Below, piece by piece: positions 37,648 to 51,945 of a stretch of DNA of 64,000 nt. The notes under the pieces were generated by a model. It had not been told where the DNA came from. It saw only the letters and a list, made by a program, of their open reading frames with translations, and did no database searches. The translations under genes and the position numbers were made by a program. The stretch is from Octopus vulgaris (lineage: Eukaryota), in contig OX597832.1 in assembly GCA_951406725.2 (NCBI GenBank), forward strand, positions 53,630,001 through 53,694,000, read 5' to 3'. The first letter of the stretch is position 1. Every line of letters begins with the position of its first letter.

Positions 37648-38882
37648 GCATGCACGCACACACACACAGACACACATATATAATAGTGCTACCAGAGACA
37701 CGATTCATCACCCAAGATGTATTATGTTCAAAAACTGATTTGTTTGTGATGAGAGGCATTTGTAAAGCAAAGTTCCAAGGTACTGCAAGATTGGAACATG
37801 ACAAACTACTAAAATATATTACAGGTACTGGTATTTATAGGTGGAATCATGGCTGCATGATAAGAAGAATGCTTCCCAACCACATACATGGTTTTGGGTT
37901 CAAACCCATTGCATGGCACCTCAGTCAAGTGTCCTTTACTTGGGCTGACCAAAGCCTTGTGAGTGGATTTAGTAGATGGAAACTGGAAGACACTGTCATA
38001 TACAGATACACATAAATACACTAAAAAGCACCCACTACACTCACGGAGTGGTTGGCGTTAGGAAGGGCATCCAGCCATAGAAACACTGCCAGATCAGACT
38101 GGGCCTGGCGCAGCCTTCTGGCTTCCCAGACCCCAGTTGAATCGTCCAACCCATGCTAGCATGGAAAACGGACGTTAAACGATGATGATGATGATCATCA
38201 TCATCATCGTTTAAGGTCTACTTTCCATGCTAGCATGGGTTGGATGATTTGACATGGTGCTGACTAGCAGAGAGCTGTCCAGACCACCAGCTGTCTGCTG
38301 AGGCATAGTTTCTATGGCTGGATGCCCTTTCTAATGCGAACTACTTAACAGCATGCTAGGTGCTTTTTCATATATATAAAAGTGTAAAGACCCCTTTCAG
38401 TCATGAATAACCATGGGATTGCACCTACAAAGTTCCCTTCCGAAGCACAGGTCCCAGGAAGATTGTTTATGGAAGACCAGCAGTCACACATACATGCCAG
38501 CCTCCATTCTCCATGCCACTGACATTACCCAAGGGAAAGGCGAAGGGGCCGATAAAGTTTGGCACGCGTGACGTTGCAACTCATTTCTACAGCTGAGAAA
38601 ACTGGAGCAATGTGAAATAAAGTGTCTTGCTCAAGAACACAACACACAGTCCAGTCGTGGAATCAAACTGTGCTATGACGTTTTCTGTTATCCCTAAATG
38701 ATGAATAATGATTTGAAATTCTCTTAGATAACTAGGAAGAAGATGTGCCTATGTAGAAGTAGACATCGGTACCGCAAGAAATTTTACATTGGTATATAGA
38801 ATTCTTGATCTTAGAATTATTAGACATAAATTTAATTCTGTTGGGGTTGTCCTCAGAGATCAAAACCATCTTTTTATTGCTA

Positions 38883-38917
<35 letters not shown>

Positions 38918-38966
38918 GTTAATACTATTAATATTATTATTATTATTATGATTATTAATAATACTG

Positions 38967-39007
<41 letters not shown>

Positions 39008-39022
39008 ACTATTATTATTATT

Positions 39023-39375
39023 CTATGTTTGACTTTTGCTTTATATTTGTACAAGTTGGCTCCAAGTCTCACCCAGAGACCTCAAGAGACAACAGGTTGG
39101 AAGTTCATGTTGTTGTTATGCCTGGTGTGCCATATATTTGGTTTTGTATTTAGTGTTGTACTAGTGAATGTCTACAAAAAAAAAAATTATGTTTGTTTTA
39201 AAACTTGAGATTACATAGAAAGTATTTTGCGTAGGATATAAGCAGTTCCCATGAGCACTATCTTTTTGAATTTCTGCCATATTGGGGTTTCCTGGTATCT
39301 GAGTTAGGTAGCGATCAGCCCCTTTTGCTATCATTCCCAGGGCACCTATGACAACAGGTATTGTTTTAGGGGCAT
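39023..39375 (-). mobile_element. 3' end of a Dong/R4-clade element ending in (AAT)n
   Basis: [49 protein letters not shown]; abuts (ATT)n at 38881-39022. Confidence 0.7.
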
Positions 39376-39380
39376 GTGTG

Positions 39381-39436
<56 letters not shown>

Positions 39437-39444
39437 TACATATG

Positions 39445-39476
<32 letters not shown>

Positions 39477-39485
39477 CATATATAC

Positions 39486-39524
<39 letters not shown>

Positions 39525-39527
39525 TAC

Positions 39528-39587
<60 letters not shown>

Positions 39588-39764
39588 GTATATATAAACA
39601 ATTGCAGCGTGGAAGGTGTTTGTAAGCCATTTAAGAAACACACAAAAGCCGTTCCATTCACTTCAACATTAAAGTTTAATTTGTCAAAATATTTTCGTCG
39701 CTTTAAGACTGCGACCTGTATATGTATATATATATATATGTATATATGTATATGTATATATATA

Positions 39765-39878
<114 letters not shown>

Positions 39879-39889
39879 ATGTATATGTA

Positions 39890-39936
<47 letters not shown>

Positions 39937-40622
39937 AACACATATAAATTTGACATGGGCAATTCTTTCTTGTCTTGGGATTCACGGTCAAACGGCTGGG
40001 TGGAATTGTATGAAAAATTACACAGGTGTGTAGACTGATCCGGTGGTGATGCTGGGCTTTGTATTTTTTCATACCTCCCGTGGTTACCGAGATAATCTAC
40101 TATAATAATACTCTTGTGTTTATGAATGAGAAAGGAAGGGGTGATAGATGAATAAGGAAGGGAGGGGGTGAGTGTTTCAACTCTTTGTGAATATATGTAT
40201 GTGTATGTAAAAGGGGGGTATGTGAATGTGTGTGTGTGTGTGTGCATGTGTGCATGTGTGCACATGCAATGGAAGCGATCACTGCTGTACACTCCTTCTT
40301 CTGTTGGCCTGCTCGCTTAGCCATTGGGAGTGGCGTCATTGTGACCAGTGATATGTAGCAACCTCTGATGGCTTTTGATCACGGTGATATATCTATGTAC
40401 ACAATTAAAGGTATATTGATTGGAATCTCTGATCTATCCAGCCACCTGTTACAACCAAGCACTTACAAGTTGTGGAAACATTAATACTATCATTAATGAG
40501 AATACTATCGTTGTTAGTCCAAATGTTATGGTTAACTATTGTCCTAATGATAGTGATAAATACTATGACAATACGACCAGTGATAACACTGATAATGTTG
40601 ATGATATGAGTAAAGATAATGC

Positions 40623-40664
<42 letters not shown>

Positions 40665-40947
40665 GGGCACTTAGAGAGCCAAGGCAACACTAATGTCTTC
40701 TCAATGATTAGCGAGAGATGAGTTTTAAAATGAGAATCTGAAATAAACTCAACTGCTGTCACAAAGAAGAATACTAAAACTGAACCTGACCGCTCTCAAA
40801 ATTTAAGGGGAAAAGGGAAAAATAATCCAGAATCCTTGTCCGGTACCAGATCGATCCCAAAGTCTAATAAGTTTGTTCCAGTTATGAGGCCAAATAATAA
40901 TAATAATAGTAATAATAACCCTTTCTATTGGAGGCACAAGGCCTTAA

Positions 40948-41167
40948 CCCTTTAGTGTTTAAACCGGCCATATCTGGCCCAAATATTCTACATGTTTTAT
41001 ATTCAAACTGGTGATATCTAGCCTCTCACACCTAACCTACAATGTCATTCTAAAAATAAACAATCACATCATTGAAACCTCAAAGCTATAAGATAATGCA
41101 TAATTAATTTGAAACAATTTGAGTGAAAGAGTATTACATTTAACAGAGTAATCTGAACACTAAAGGG
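40948..41167. mobile_element. piggyBac-type MITE inserted in a SINE
   Basis: TTAA|ccctttagtgtt ... aacactaaaggg|TTAA. Confidence 0.8.
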
Positions 41168-43016
41168 TTAAATTGGGGGTGAGAAGACAAGTCAATTACA
41201 TCGACCCCAGTGTTTTACTGGTGTTTAATTTATCAACCCTGAAAGGATGAAAGGCAAAGTTGACCTCACTGAAATCTGAATTCAGAATGTAGCGATGAGT
41301 GAAATACCACTAAGCATTTTGTCCAATGTGCTAATGATTCTGCCAGCTTGCCACCTTCAATAATAATAATAATGATAACAACAACAACAACAATAATAAT
41401 AATAATGATGATGATGATAATAATAAATCCCCTGAGGCAGTACCAGGCATTGGCTCTCATGGCTTCTTATCTTAACCGATTGGAGGTGTTATCATGTACA
41501 TTGTTTTGTCTTGGTATAAAAGATGGGTTACAGCAAATATTCTGCTCAATACCACAGATTTGCTTGTCAGTTGTTTGACCTTAACCAGTCGAGCATGTCC
41601 CTTGTGGCTGACGATATGTGCATCTCTGATCACGAGCAGAAGTAGTTGGGGAGCATCATAGCCATGTGTTGAGAGGAATTCTTTGGGGTTTGGATAATTT
41701 ACCTTCGGAAACACAGGTGTTTCGTTCAACATCCTTAATCCTTATTCAGGGACCTTTTGAGTGGGATGGGCTACTCGACCTGAAGAAAATTCTAACTGGG
41801 CCCCACCTGCAAAGTCATGCGCTGTTAATATTGATATGAGATCACCATGTCATGCACATATGGTTGTGATGCATGTGCCTGGTGTACCCTTATCAGACAG
41901 GTAGTCACGATGGGTATACTGGGCTTTGTATATTTTACCGCAGTGTCACTTTGATGGCATGCACTGCTCTCTCACTCAATAATAATAATAGTAGTAGTAG
42001 TAGTAGTAGTAGTAGCAATACTCTAGTTACGGTAATAGAGTTTCTGATACCAACTGACAAATTAGTACTGCACTTAGGCTTTTCCGGGAATCTGGAATAT
42101 CTATTATTTCTTGTATAAATTCATACATTAAAGGTACAAACGACATTGATAACAAATTCACTGGAATTGGACTGGAAGGTACTACCCTAAACCCTGGCAT
42201 ACCCTCTAATCATACAACACCCAATTCACAAGGCAGAAGTACTTTTGTGCCAGATAGGTGTGGCACGTAAAAAGCACCCACTACACTCATGGAGTGGTTG
42301 GCGTTAGGAAGGGCATCCAGCCGTAGAAACATTGCCAGATCAGACTGGGCCTGGTGCAGCCTTCTGGCTTCCCAGAACCGATGCTGGTGTGTTTACGTCC
42401 CCCGTAACTTTGCGGTTCAGCAAAAGAACCCCAGATAGAATAAGTACTAGGCTTACAAAGAATAAGTCCTGGGATCGATTTGCTCAACTAAAGGCGGGGC
42501 TCCAGCATGGCTGCAGTCAAATGACTGAATCAAGTAAAAGAGTTACTTAATAAAGCAGCACAAAGCTTTCTTCACGAGTATACACAAATTCTTTAAGTCC
42601 TTCAAGCTGTTCTATGGGTCTAAATGTAAAAATAAAATACCTTTTTGGATTATCATTAATATCTAGCTATCTAGCTTAGGTATACTACCTATTGGGGAAT
42701 ATATTTTCATAACATTTAAAATAAAGAATTGAGCATCCACTCAATTCTTAATTTTAAATCTGAACTTTATTTTATTTTTCATGTTTACTCTTTATCACTT
42801 TTATAATATTCTTTTACTTGTTTCAGTCATTTGAATGTGGCCATGCTGGAGCACCGCCTTTAGTCGAGCAAATCGACCCCGGGACTTATTCTTTGTAAGC
42901 CCAGTACTTATTCTATCGGTCTCTTTTTGCCGAACCGCTAAGTGACAGGAACGTAAAAACACCAGCATCGGTTGTCAAGCAATGCTAGAGGGACAAACAA
43001 AGACACACAAACATAT

Positions 43017-43060
<44 letters not shown>

Positions 43061-43892
43061 GACAGGCTTCTTTCAGTTTCCGTCTACCAAATCCACTCAC
43101 AAGGCATTGGTCGGCCCGAGGCTATAGCAGAAGGCACTTGCCCAAGATGCCATGCAGTGGGACTGAACCCGGAACCATGTGGTTGGTAAGCAAGCTACTT
43201 ACCACACAGCCACTCCTTAATTTTTTAACCTTAGTTTTTTAAACCTCAAATCTTAGATCTTTTGTTTGCTAGTGCAGCATCTATTTCTAGCATTAATACA
43301 ACTGAGCCAGCCCCAAGCCTCCCTTCTCTTCTATTATATAGGACATCTATTATTTTTTTTATAACTGCTTTATCTCCATTCCCACTCCCCCCATAGCTAT
43401 CCAGCCTGTAGGTGTGACATCTGTTTTACTTATCCTTTATCTATCTGTCTCTACAATCATGTCCCCTTAACCTCTGTGGAGAGGAGTACATCTTGTTATA
43501 CTGATTAGTATATATTTAATACAAAACAATCTGCCTATCTTTCTCACACCAATATTTGTCCAGTTTTGGAACTGCTTCTATCAATGTTCACAGAGCACCT
43601 CAGCGCAGCAAAGACCGAATAAAGGAGCAACTTTCATCAATAGATATCATCCACAACTTAACAGGAACACAACACAATACAGAATACCACTAACCTTACC
43701 AAAAATACCACTAACCCCCATACGTTGCATGTATGTATATATGTATGTACATCACTCCAGTGTGCAGGTGTGCATGGCTAACAAAACGCCAACTAGCTCA
43801 AAACTGTGCCAGTCCCACATTTCTGTAACCCGATGTAGTGTTAGTAGGGGTTCACTCCCCCTGCTAGTGATGTAGTGTATACAAAGGGTGCA

Positions 43893-44258
43893 GATCTGTG
43901 ATGATCTGTAGGGCTATTTCTTGGAAATCCACCAGCCAAATGGTTTCCCTTCATGGCAGAATTAACAGCCAAGGCTTTTTAAGCATTTTATCTGATCAAA
44001 TTCATCCTATGGTTGCGGAACTGTTTCTGGAGAGAAATGCATTCTTTCAGGATGATAATGCACCAATTCATACAGTTTAAGTTGTTACTGAATGGCACAA
44101 GGGAACATTCTAGTGAAGTTGAACATCTTATCTGGCCACCACAGTCCCCAGATCTCAATATTATTGAACATTTATGGTGCATTTTAGAAAAACAAGTAAG
44201 GAGTTGATATCCTTCACCATCATCACTACAAGAACTGGAGAATGTTTTAGCTTAAGAA
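43893..44258 (+). mobile_element. Local copy of part of the Tc1 element at 47453-47818
   Basis: Near-identical at offset 3560 and shares the same premature stops. Confidence 0.85.
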
Positions 44259-44632
44259 ACTTCATATTACAGTATTATATCGACCCTAAATGCACCATGT
44301 CCAGAACTACTTACCTTCCTTACACATAATCTTTTTACTCAGGGACTAGTAGACCTAACACCATTTGATAATTGGTGTGCATTCAAAGCCAGTGAACAGC
44401 AATGACAAAACCAGTATGACTTTGAATCTCTTTAACAATTCAAAATAATGACTTTTATTCCTCTTAATTCTACCTCAGTTCATCTAATTGTATATATTTA
44501 TCGGTACTTTTCATAAAAATGCCATTATTTTTTTTATATTCAATGTGCATTTTCGCTTTTTTCTTCAAACTTTCCCCATACAAACACAAACACACACACA
44601 CATATGAATGTATGTACATATATATATATATA

Positions 44633-44928
44633 TATATATTAGAAGAAATGAGGTAATCAGAAGATCGGATGGTTTATATTTACAGATATTTATTTATATA
44701 TTACATTTTTTACATATATATCATATCATTTAGATCATTAGTGCTTTCTCCCATTCTAGTGGGTTTTTTTTAATTTTTTTATATTTTTATTTGAAAACCC
44801 CACTAGAATGGGACAAAGCGCTAATGATCTAAATGATATGATATATATGTAAAAAATGTAATATATAAATAAATATCTGTAAATATAAACCATCCGATCT
44901 TCTGATTACCTCATTTCTTCTAATATAT
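44633..44928. repeat. Foldback repeat (about 130-bp arms) in (TA)n with U3-A8 hammerhead remnant at 44787-44827 (+)
   Basis: attagaagaaatgaggtaatcag.../...ctgattacctcatttcttctaat; ttat-TTGAAAA-cccca(ctagaa)tggga-CAAA-gcgc-TA-atga (the other arm keeps GAAA). Confidence 0.65.
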
Positions 44929-44954
44929 AATACCTGTACATCATCTCCAAACCT

Positions 44955-45015
<61 letters not shown>

Positions 45016-46697
45016 TACATATACATATATAAAAAGGAATACAAAAAATGGGACAAGAATGCAAAACATCCAGACAGTTAGATGATACAAAAAAGGGACA
45101 AGAAAAAACAAGGACGGATCATTTGGAGTTTTCTTCCCTCAGATAAGTTCCAGATTATCTTTGCAATCTTGGCTGGTTATACTCGAGAATGCTCCAATCT
45201 GGCCAGCCCCAAGTAAAAACTAAGCTAAGAGCACTAGATTCCTTCGAAGAAAGCAGTGAATGTATATGAAAACAAGGACAGAAAAAAAAACCGGAGAAAT
45301 GGTACACAAATACAAATGCAATGCACATTCAAAGAAATTTATTCTAAATTTTTTACCCTTATAATTTTCACAGTAAAATTTTCATAATTCCGAAGCAGTC
45401 TTCAGTATGCAGTTTTAATTTTATTATTTGCTGCTGACTAAGTGACTGTGCTTGTGTGCTGGATTTAAAAACATAATGCATAAGTATGCAGCACACACGT
45501 GTGATTTTGGTACATATTAAGCTACATAAATATATGCATTGTCTTAATGATCCCACTGACAAAGTACGGATGACAAATGAATTTATTTGTTCATTAGTAC
45601 ACAAACTCGAGTTTGGGGTTAACTATAGATAATTTTTGTTTTCATTCTCTTTGGAATTACTTTTTTTTCATGGTTTGAGTTTGACTGCTCTTTCTAGCAT
45701 GTAAGGCGTCCTGTAAAGAGTCACCTCTCTGTGACCTTATACACTCATATATATATATAAGCAAAGAAGCTAGTTATAAAATCTCAAGAAGTGAGAGTGG
45801 CTGTGTGGTAAGTAGCTTGCTTACCAACCACATGGTTCTGGGTTCAGTCCCACTGCGTGGCACCTTGGGCAAGTGTCTTCTACTATAGCCTCAGGCCAAC
45901 CAAAGCCTTGTGAGTAGATGAAAACTGAAAGAAGCCTGTCGTACATATGTATATATATATATATATATATGTATGTATGCATGTGTGTGTATATGTTTGT
46001 GTGTCTGTGTTTGTCCCCCCAACATCGCTTGACAACCGATGCTGGTGTGTTTACGTCCCCGAAACTTAGCGGTCTGGCAGAAGAGACCGATAGAATAAGT
46101 ACTAGGCTTACAAAGAATAAGTCCCGGGGTCGATTTGCTCGACTAAAGGCAGTGCTTCAGCATGGCCGCAGTCAAATGACTGAAACAAGTAAAAGAGTAA
46201 GTGATAGAGCAGTAACGTATACTAAACAGTAAAGCCAGTTGCCACATCAAAGTGACAGTTGAGTGTTACTACTACTACTACTTTAACCCCAGGCAGATTC
46301 TGTGCCAGCTGGTTATAGGTGCGACACTCTGCACCCTTTGTATACACTACATCGCTAGCAGGGGGAGTGAACCCCTACTAACACTACATCGGGTTACAGA
46401 AATGTGGGACTGGCACAGTTTTGAGCTAGTTGGCGTTTTGTTAGCCATGCACACCTGCACACTGGAGTGATGTACATACATATATACATACATACTCTAT
46501 CCAGATTACAAGTTCCAGTTTATACCTGTAATTATTGGGGGCCTGGGATATGTAATGCACTGCCTAAACACCAATCTTGAGAAATTAGGCTTCTCAAAAC
46601 TAGAAAGGAGAAAGCTAATTCGAAGACTACAGATCCAATCCATCACTGGAACTATAAAAATCTGTAAAACTTCCCAAAAGTTTATCATTTAAATATA

Positions 46698-48009
46698 AAG
46701 GGGTTGGACCAAAATAATGGAAACACCTAGCATCATAGCATCATAATTTTCAAATATCTATAAAACTGTCAAAAGCTTGTTTATTTTTATGTTTTTTAAT
46801 TTATTATTAGTGTTGCTTAATATGTTTTGCTAAAATTGCTGTTTCTTTTCAGATATCATCAGAAAAAGGTAATTAATAGTCATTAAAATGAGAGATCGTT
46901 CGGATTTTCGAAGAGGTCAAATTGTTGGTGCTCGTATGGCAGGTGCTAGCATAAGGAAAACAGTCAAACTGTTTGATGTATCAAGAAGTACTGTCTCAAA
47001 AGTAATGACAGCCTTTGAGAAAGAACGAAAAACCTCCTTGTTGAAACAAACACCTGGAAGAAAGCCAAAACTTTCAGATAGACTTTCAGTTGGACCCTTA
47101 CAGGAATTATTAGAAAGGATCACAAAAGTACAACTCCCCAAATTACTGCAGAGCTTAATAACCACCTCGAGAACACAGTTTCCACAAAAACTGTTCACCA
47201 GGAGCTGCACAAAGCCAGATTTCACAGGAGGCCTCAATCGGAAAACCACTATTTTCAAAAACAAATGTTGCAAAGCGTTTTGAGTGGAGTATAAACCTAC
47301 AGAATTGTCCCTAAGGCAGTGGAAGAATGTTATTTTCTCAGACAAGTCATCCTTTACCTTATTACCGACCACTGGCTGAGTATATGTGTGGAGAGAGCCA
47401 AAAGAAGCATCTGACCCAGACTGCCTTCTTCTAACTGTTAAACATGGAGGAGGATCTGTGATGATCTGGGAGGTTATATCTTGGAAATCCGCCAGCCCAA
47501 TGGTTTCCCTTCATGGCAGAATTAATAGTCAAGACTTTTTAAGCATTTTATCTGATCAGATTCATCCTATGGTTGCGGAACTGTTTCTGGAGAGAAACAC
47601 AGTCTTTCAGGATGATAATGCACCAATTCATACAGCTTAAGTTGTTACTGAATGGCACAAGGGAACATTCTAGAGAAGTTGAACATCTTATCTGGCCACC
47701 ACAGTCCCCAGATCTCAATATTATTGAACATTTATGATGCATTTCAGAAAAACAAGTAAGGAGTTGATATCCTTCACCATCATCACTACAAGAACTGGAG
47801 AATGTTTTAGCTGAAGAATGGACAAAAATTCCTTTGGAAACAATTCAAACTTTGTACGAGTCTGTAAGAATTAGCACTTCCTTCTCTAAGCTTGGATTCC
47901 ATACCTCATAGAATTCAAGCTGTAATTACTGCCAAAGGCGGTCCTACCTGATATTAAAATAAATTTGTTTGAAATGTTAAGGTGTTTCCATTATTTTGTC
48001 CAACCCCTG
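46698..48009 (+). mobile_element. Full-length (1.3 kb) but disrupted Tc1 transposon
   Basis: TIRs (c/a)aggggttggac.aaaataatggaaacacct with TA flanks; MRDRSDFRRGQIVGARMAGAS HTH, GRKPKLS, FSDKSSF, FQDDNAPIH, WPPQSPDLNIIEHL; frameshifts and stops. Confidence 0.92.
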
Positions 48010-48092
48010 TATCTGAACATGTTTAGACATGTAACTATGTCTGCATATGTAACATGAGAATACATACAGAAAACATACAAATCTGCCAGTAT

Positions 48093-48124
<32 letters not shown>

Positions 48125-48247
48125 ACACACACACACACACATACACACACACACATACATACATATATACATATCTATACATATATCCCCTATATATAAT
48201 GGCATATCTCATCCTAAGGTCACCAGATTCATGTGATGTATTGTATA

Positions 48248-48665
48248 CCTATTTCTTTACTACCCACAAGGGATTAAACACAGGGGGGACAAACAAGGAC
48301 AGACAAACAGATTAAGTCGATTACATCAACCCCAGTGCGCAACTGGTACTTAATTTATCGACCCCGAAAGGATGAAAGGCAAAGTCGACCTCGGAGGAAT
48401 TTGAACTCAGAACGTAACCGCAGACAAAATACCTATTTCTTTACTACCCACAAGGGATTAAACACAGAAGGGACAAACAAGGACAGATAAACAGATTAAG
48501 TTGATTACATCGACCCCAGTGCATAACTGGTACTTAATTTATCGACCCGATAGGATGAAAGGCAAAGTCGACCTCAGCAGAATTTGAACTCAGAACATAA
48601 TGGCAAACGAAAAACCTGTCAGCATTTCGCCCAGCATGCTAACGTTTCTGCCAGCTCGCTGCCTT
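48248..48665 (-). mobile_element. tRNA-derived SINE family C with tandemly duplicated 3' part (others about 2067-2290 +, 4440-4667 -, 18455-18680 -, 22683-22835 -, 41180-41357 -, 55305-55520 -)
   Basis: gagctggcagaaacgttagca...ctgagttcaaatt...gtcgactttgcctttcatcct shared across copies. Confidence 0.8.
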
Positions 48666-48990
48666 ATCATGTGATGAATTGTATATCTCCTACAACCCAT
48701 ATCGCTTCCCCTGCCACACACATACTAACATTATTTTTATCATTGGCTTGATTTTCTTCTCATCATGCTTCTCCCACTCCTAAGCATTCTGGCAACAATG
48801 GTTGTCATTGTTTTGTTGTTATTCTATCAATTCCCACTATCTTTCCCTTTTGTCTGTTTAATGTAGTCAACTGAAATAATTTTTTTCACCAATCAAATGA
48901 CATTTGACACCTGGTGAGAAGGGAGCAACCTTACTGACTTATAATTCTGAGAACCTTTTTATCAGATAGGCTTCTCTTCCTCTATATGTA

Positions 48991-49035
<45 letters not shown>

Positions 49036-49375
49036 TTATAAGATCTAAGGATGTAAATGTAAGAAGTTTGTAATCTTCAAGCAATCCATGGTAGATTTTT
49101 AAAAAACAACATTCAGGGGACAATGATAAGGATTTCCCATATCAGAGTTCAATAAGTTAGAAAAAAATTCTTTGCTATGAATGTGAAAAAAAATCCAAAT
49201 TGAGGGTATGGACAAATACTTGAAATATTACAAAACCTGGCTCTCAATGAAGTAAGAAGAATGAAAACACATACCTTCAACACTTTTGATGTGTAGGAAA
49301 AGAGCTGGGGTGAGAATGGGGGTAATCACCTGACAGACTCTGTTGTAATTTGGTGATTGATCCTCAAAAGTTATA

Positions 49376-49938
49376 TTGAGTTGTCCAGAAAGTTTGTGCC
49401 GATTTATAGTAGCTTACATTTCGACTTATTTTAGAACATGGTTGAGTCCATAAAATAGGATTTGACTACACCTCCATTTAGAGCACAGTTTAAGCCATCT
49501 TTTCGTGGAAGAAGGTTTATGTTCCTATAACCTGTGTTAATTCTGTAACCCTTTAAAATGGAAGATAAGAAAGTTCGTTTTCGGCACTTGTTTTGGGAAC
49601 CAGACAAAAATTGTTGCAGCTTGGCTGGGATGTGTTACCCCACCCTCCATATTCACCAGATATTGCTCCTTCGGATTTCCACTTATTCAGGTCTCTGCAG
49701 AATAGTCTTAATGGTAAGAATATAAATTCCTTGGATGACGTAAAAAGATACCTTGATGAATTGTTTGCCATAAAACCACCTCAATTCTGGGAAGAGGGTA
49801 TTTTCAAGTTAAAGGAAAGATGGAGACGCACTGTGCAACAAAATGGTTCATATTTGGTTGATTAAAAATGTAATGGCAAGTATTTATTGACCTTTTTCTT
49901 ACCTTTAAAAGTTGGCACAAACTTTCCGGACAACCCAA
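49376..49938 (+). mobile_element. Internally deleted mariner element
   Basis: TIRs ttgagttgtccagaaagtttgtgcc / ggcacaaactttccggacaacccaa with TA flanks; LPHPPYSPDIAPSDFHLFRSLQN. Confidence 0.9.
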
Positions 49939-50121
49939 TATTTGGTTTCCGTCTCCAATCAATAGCATAAGATCTTCAGATGCAACTCAGAAAGTAACGA
50001 GACACAAAGAAATGCTGCTAAGCATTTTGTTTGGTGCTCTAACGACTCTGCCAGCTCACTGACTTACAATAATAACAACAACAACATCGGCAACCACAAT
50101 AATAATCCTTTCTACACAATA

Positions 50122-51262
50122 ATAATCCATAACAATAACCTTTTCAGCCTTGAGGAAGTTCATGACCACTTTAGCCTTGTGACATGGGGCATTGTCTTGC
50201 ATGAATATGGGTGGTTGCTTAGTTGAATTTCTCAGCACAGGCAAGACATGATCTTTTACAAGTTGTTTATAAACTCCTGCATTTAACCTTTCCATGTAAT
50301 CGCACCAAATGTCCCACACCATCTCCAGATATCATCCCCCAAACCATGACACTTCCTCCACCGAATTTAACACTAGTCTTAAGGCATTAAGACGACAATT
50401 TTTCACCTACTTTTCGACGAACGTACCTTTTCCCATCTGAGCCAAATAACATAAACTTAGATTCATCACTGAAATGCACCGTTTGCTATTTTTCTTGAGA
50501 CCACAACACATGTTCGGTTGCAAAGATAAGACGACACTTTTTATTCTTGGAGCTAATCAGTGGCTTCACTGCAGGTGCTCTTGCTTGTAGGTCATGTTCA
50601 ACTAAACGACGAGACACAGTTTTTCGAGATAAAGTTTTCTTCAATACAATGCTCATTTTCCAAGAAACAGCAGCAGCAGTTTTAAAACTGTCCTTTTTAA
50701 CCAACTTTACCATAGCACGATCTTCTCTCTTGGTCGTTTTTCTTGGTCTACCTGTAAACTTTCTTGCTTCAAACGAACCACAATCATCGTAGATCTTAAG
50801 AATACCATGTACAACACTTTTTGACTTGTTAACAATCTTTGCAATAGATCCAATACTTAAATTATCCTTCCTTCGAAGCTTAATAATCTGCTGACGAATT
50901 GATAACGGAGTAAGTGGCATTATATTAACAAAGTACACTGTAAATATTCTTACTAATGCTTAGTAAATGAACCGTCACGTAAACAAATTCAAAACATTAG
51001 AGTTCGCCGGTTAAATATACTAAAACACGGAATAAAAGCAACCGTTCTGATCATTTTGGCCGCCATGGGTTTTGCAGTAAATCACTAAATCATCCATAAA
51101 TTTTGTATTATCCTCTCAAATTACACCAAAATCTCAGGCAACAACAAATAATATCGTATTTATTGTGTGTGAAAATTATAGAATATAAAACAACTTTAAT
51201 AAAAAATTATATCTACTTTTCTGACGAAAACAATGCCGTTCTGAACATTTTGGCCGCAACTG
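50122..51262 (-). mobile_element. 3'-truncated Tc1 element of IR-DR architecture
   Basis: TA|cagttgcggccaaaatgttcagaacgg terminus with an inner direct repeat at about 51041-51064; HTH, GRPRKT, FSDESKF and FMQDNAPCH; stop and frameshift present. Confidence 0.85.
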
Positions 51263-51429
51263 TATATACATATACACGACGGGCTTCTTTCAGTTGTGGG
51301 TGTGTGTATATGTTTGTTTGACTGTGTTTGTGCCCCCAAAATCGCTTGACAACCAAAGCTGGTGTGTTTATGCCCCTGTAACTTAGACAAGAGCTTAACC
51401 TCCTTGATTATTATAATGATAATGAGGAT

Positions 51430-51945
51430 ACACCACCTACTAAGGCAGCGAAAAAGTGTAAAACAAAAGCCAAACAGGAACACTTGAAGGAAATGTTGAG
51501 ACTGTGACAAGAAAAACCAATGCATGGGCGATACCCCAAATGAGCTGGGGAAGCTGATGTAGATATGAGAAGAACCTATCAGTGGTTGCAGAGTGCTGGT
51601 TTGGATGCTGAAACAGAAGGGTCTCCTCACCCAGAACTACCGAGCTAATGTCACATACAATGAAGAAGACACAAAGTGTAAACTCTGAAATGACAAACTT
51701 GAGAGCATTGACTACATTGTTGAGGGTTGCTTAGTCGTTTCCCCTACAGAATATAAAACCAGGTACAGTTGAATTGATCAATGCTTGCACTGGGGCATAT
51801 GCCATCGCTATGATATTCCGCACCCTAAGAACTGGTATAAACACCATCCAAAATCAGTCAGAGCATGAGAGAACATTACCATCCTATGGGATTATGGGAT
51901 ATATACAGACAGACAAATAAAATGCTAACAAGCCAGAAACAAGTT
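51430..51945 (+). mobile_element. Decayed Dong/R4-clade LINE C-terminal (zinc knuckle/REL endonuclease) fragment
   Basis: KPMHGRYP, YQWLQSAGLDAETEG, ESIDYIVEGC, NWYKHHP and TILWD..I.TDR remnants. Confidence 0.6.

Noticed and set aside
40420-40674. Asn/Asp-rich 84-aa ORF as an extra stem exon of the glycosyltransferase
   Set aside because: Wrong strand and derived from decayed (AAT)n sequence; exons 1 and 2 already join in phase without it.
46888-47950. Active Tc1 transposase gene
   Set aside because: Several frameshifts and in-frame stops; only a relic.
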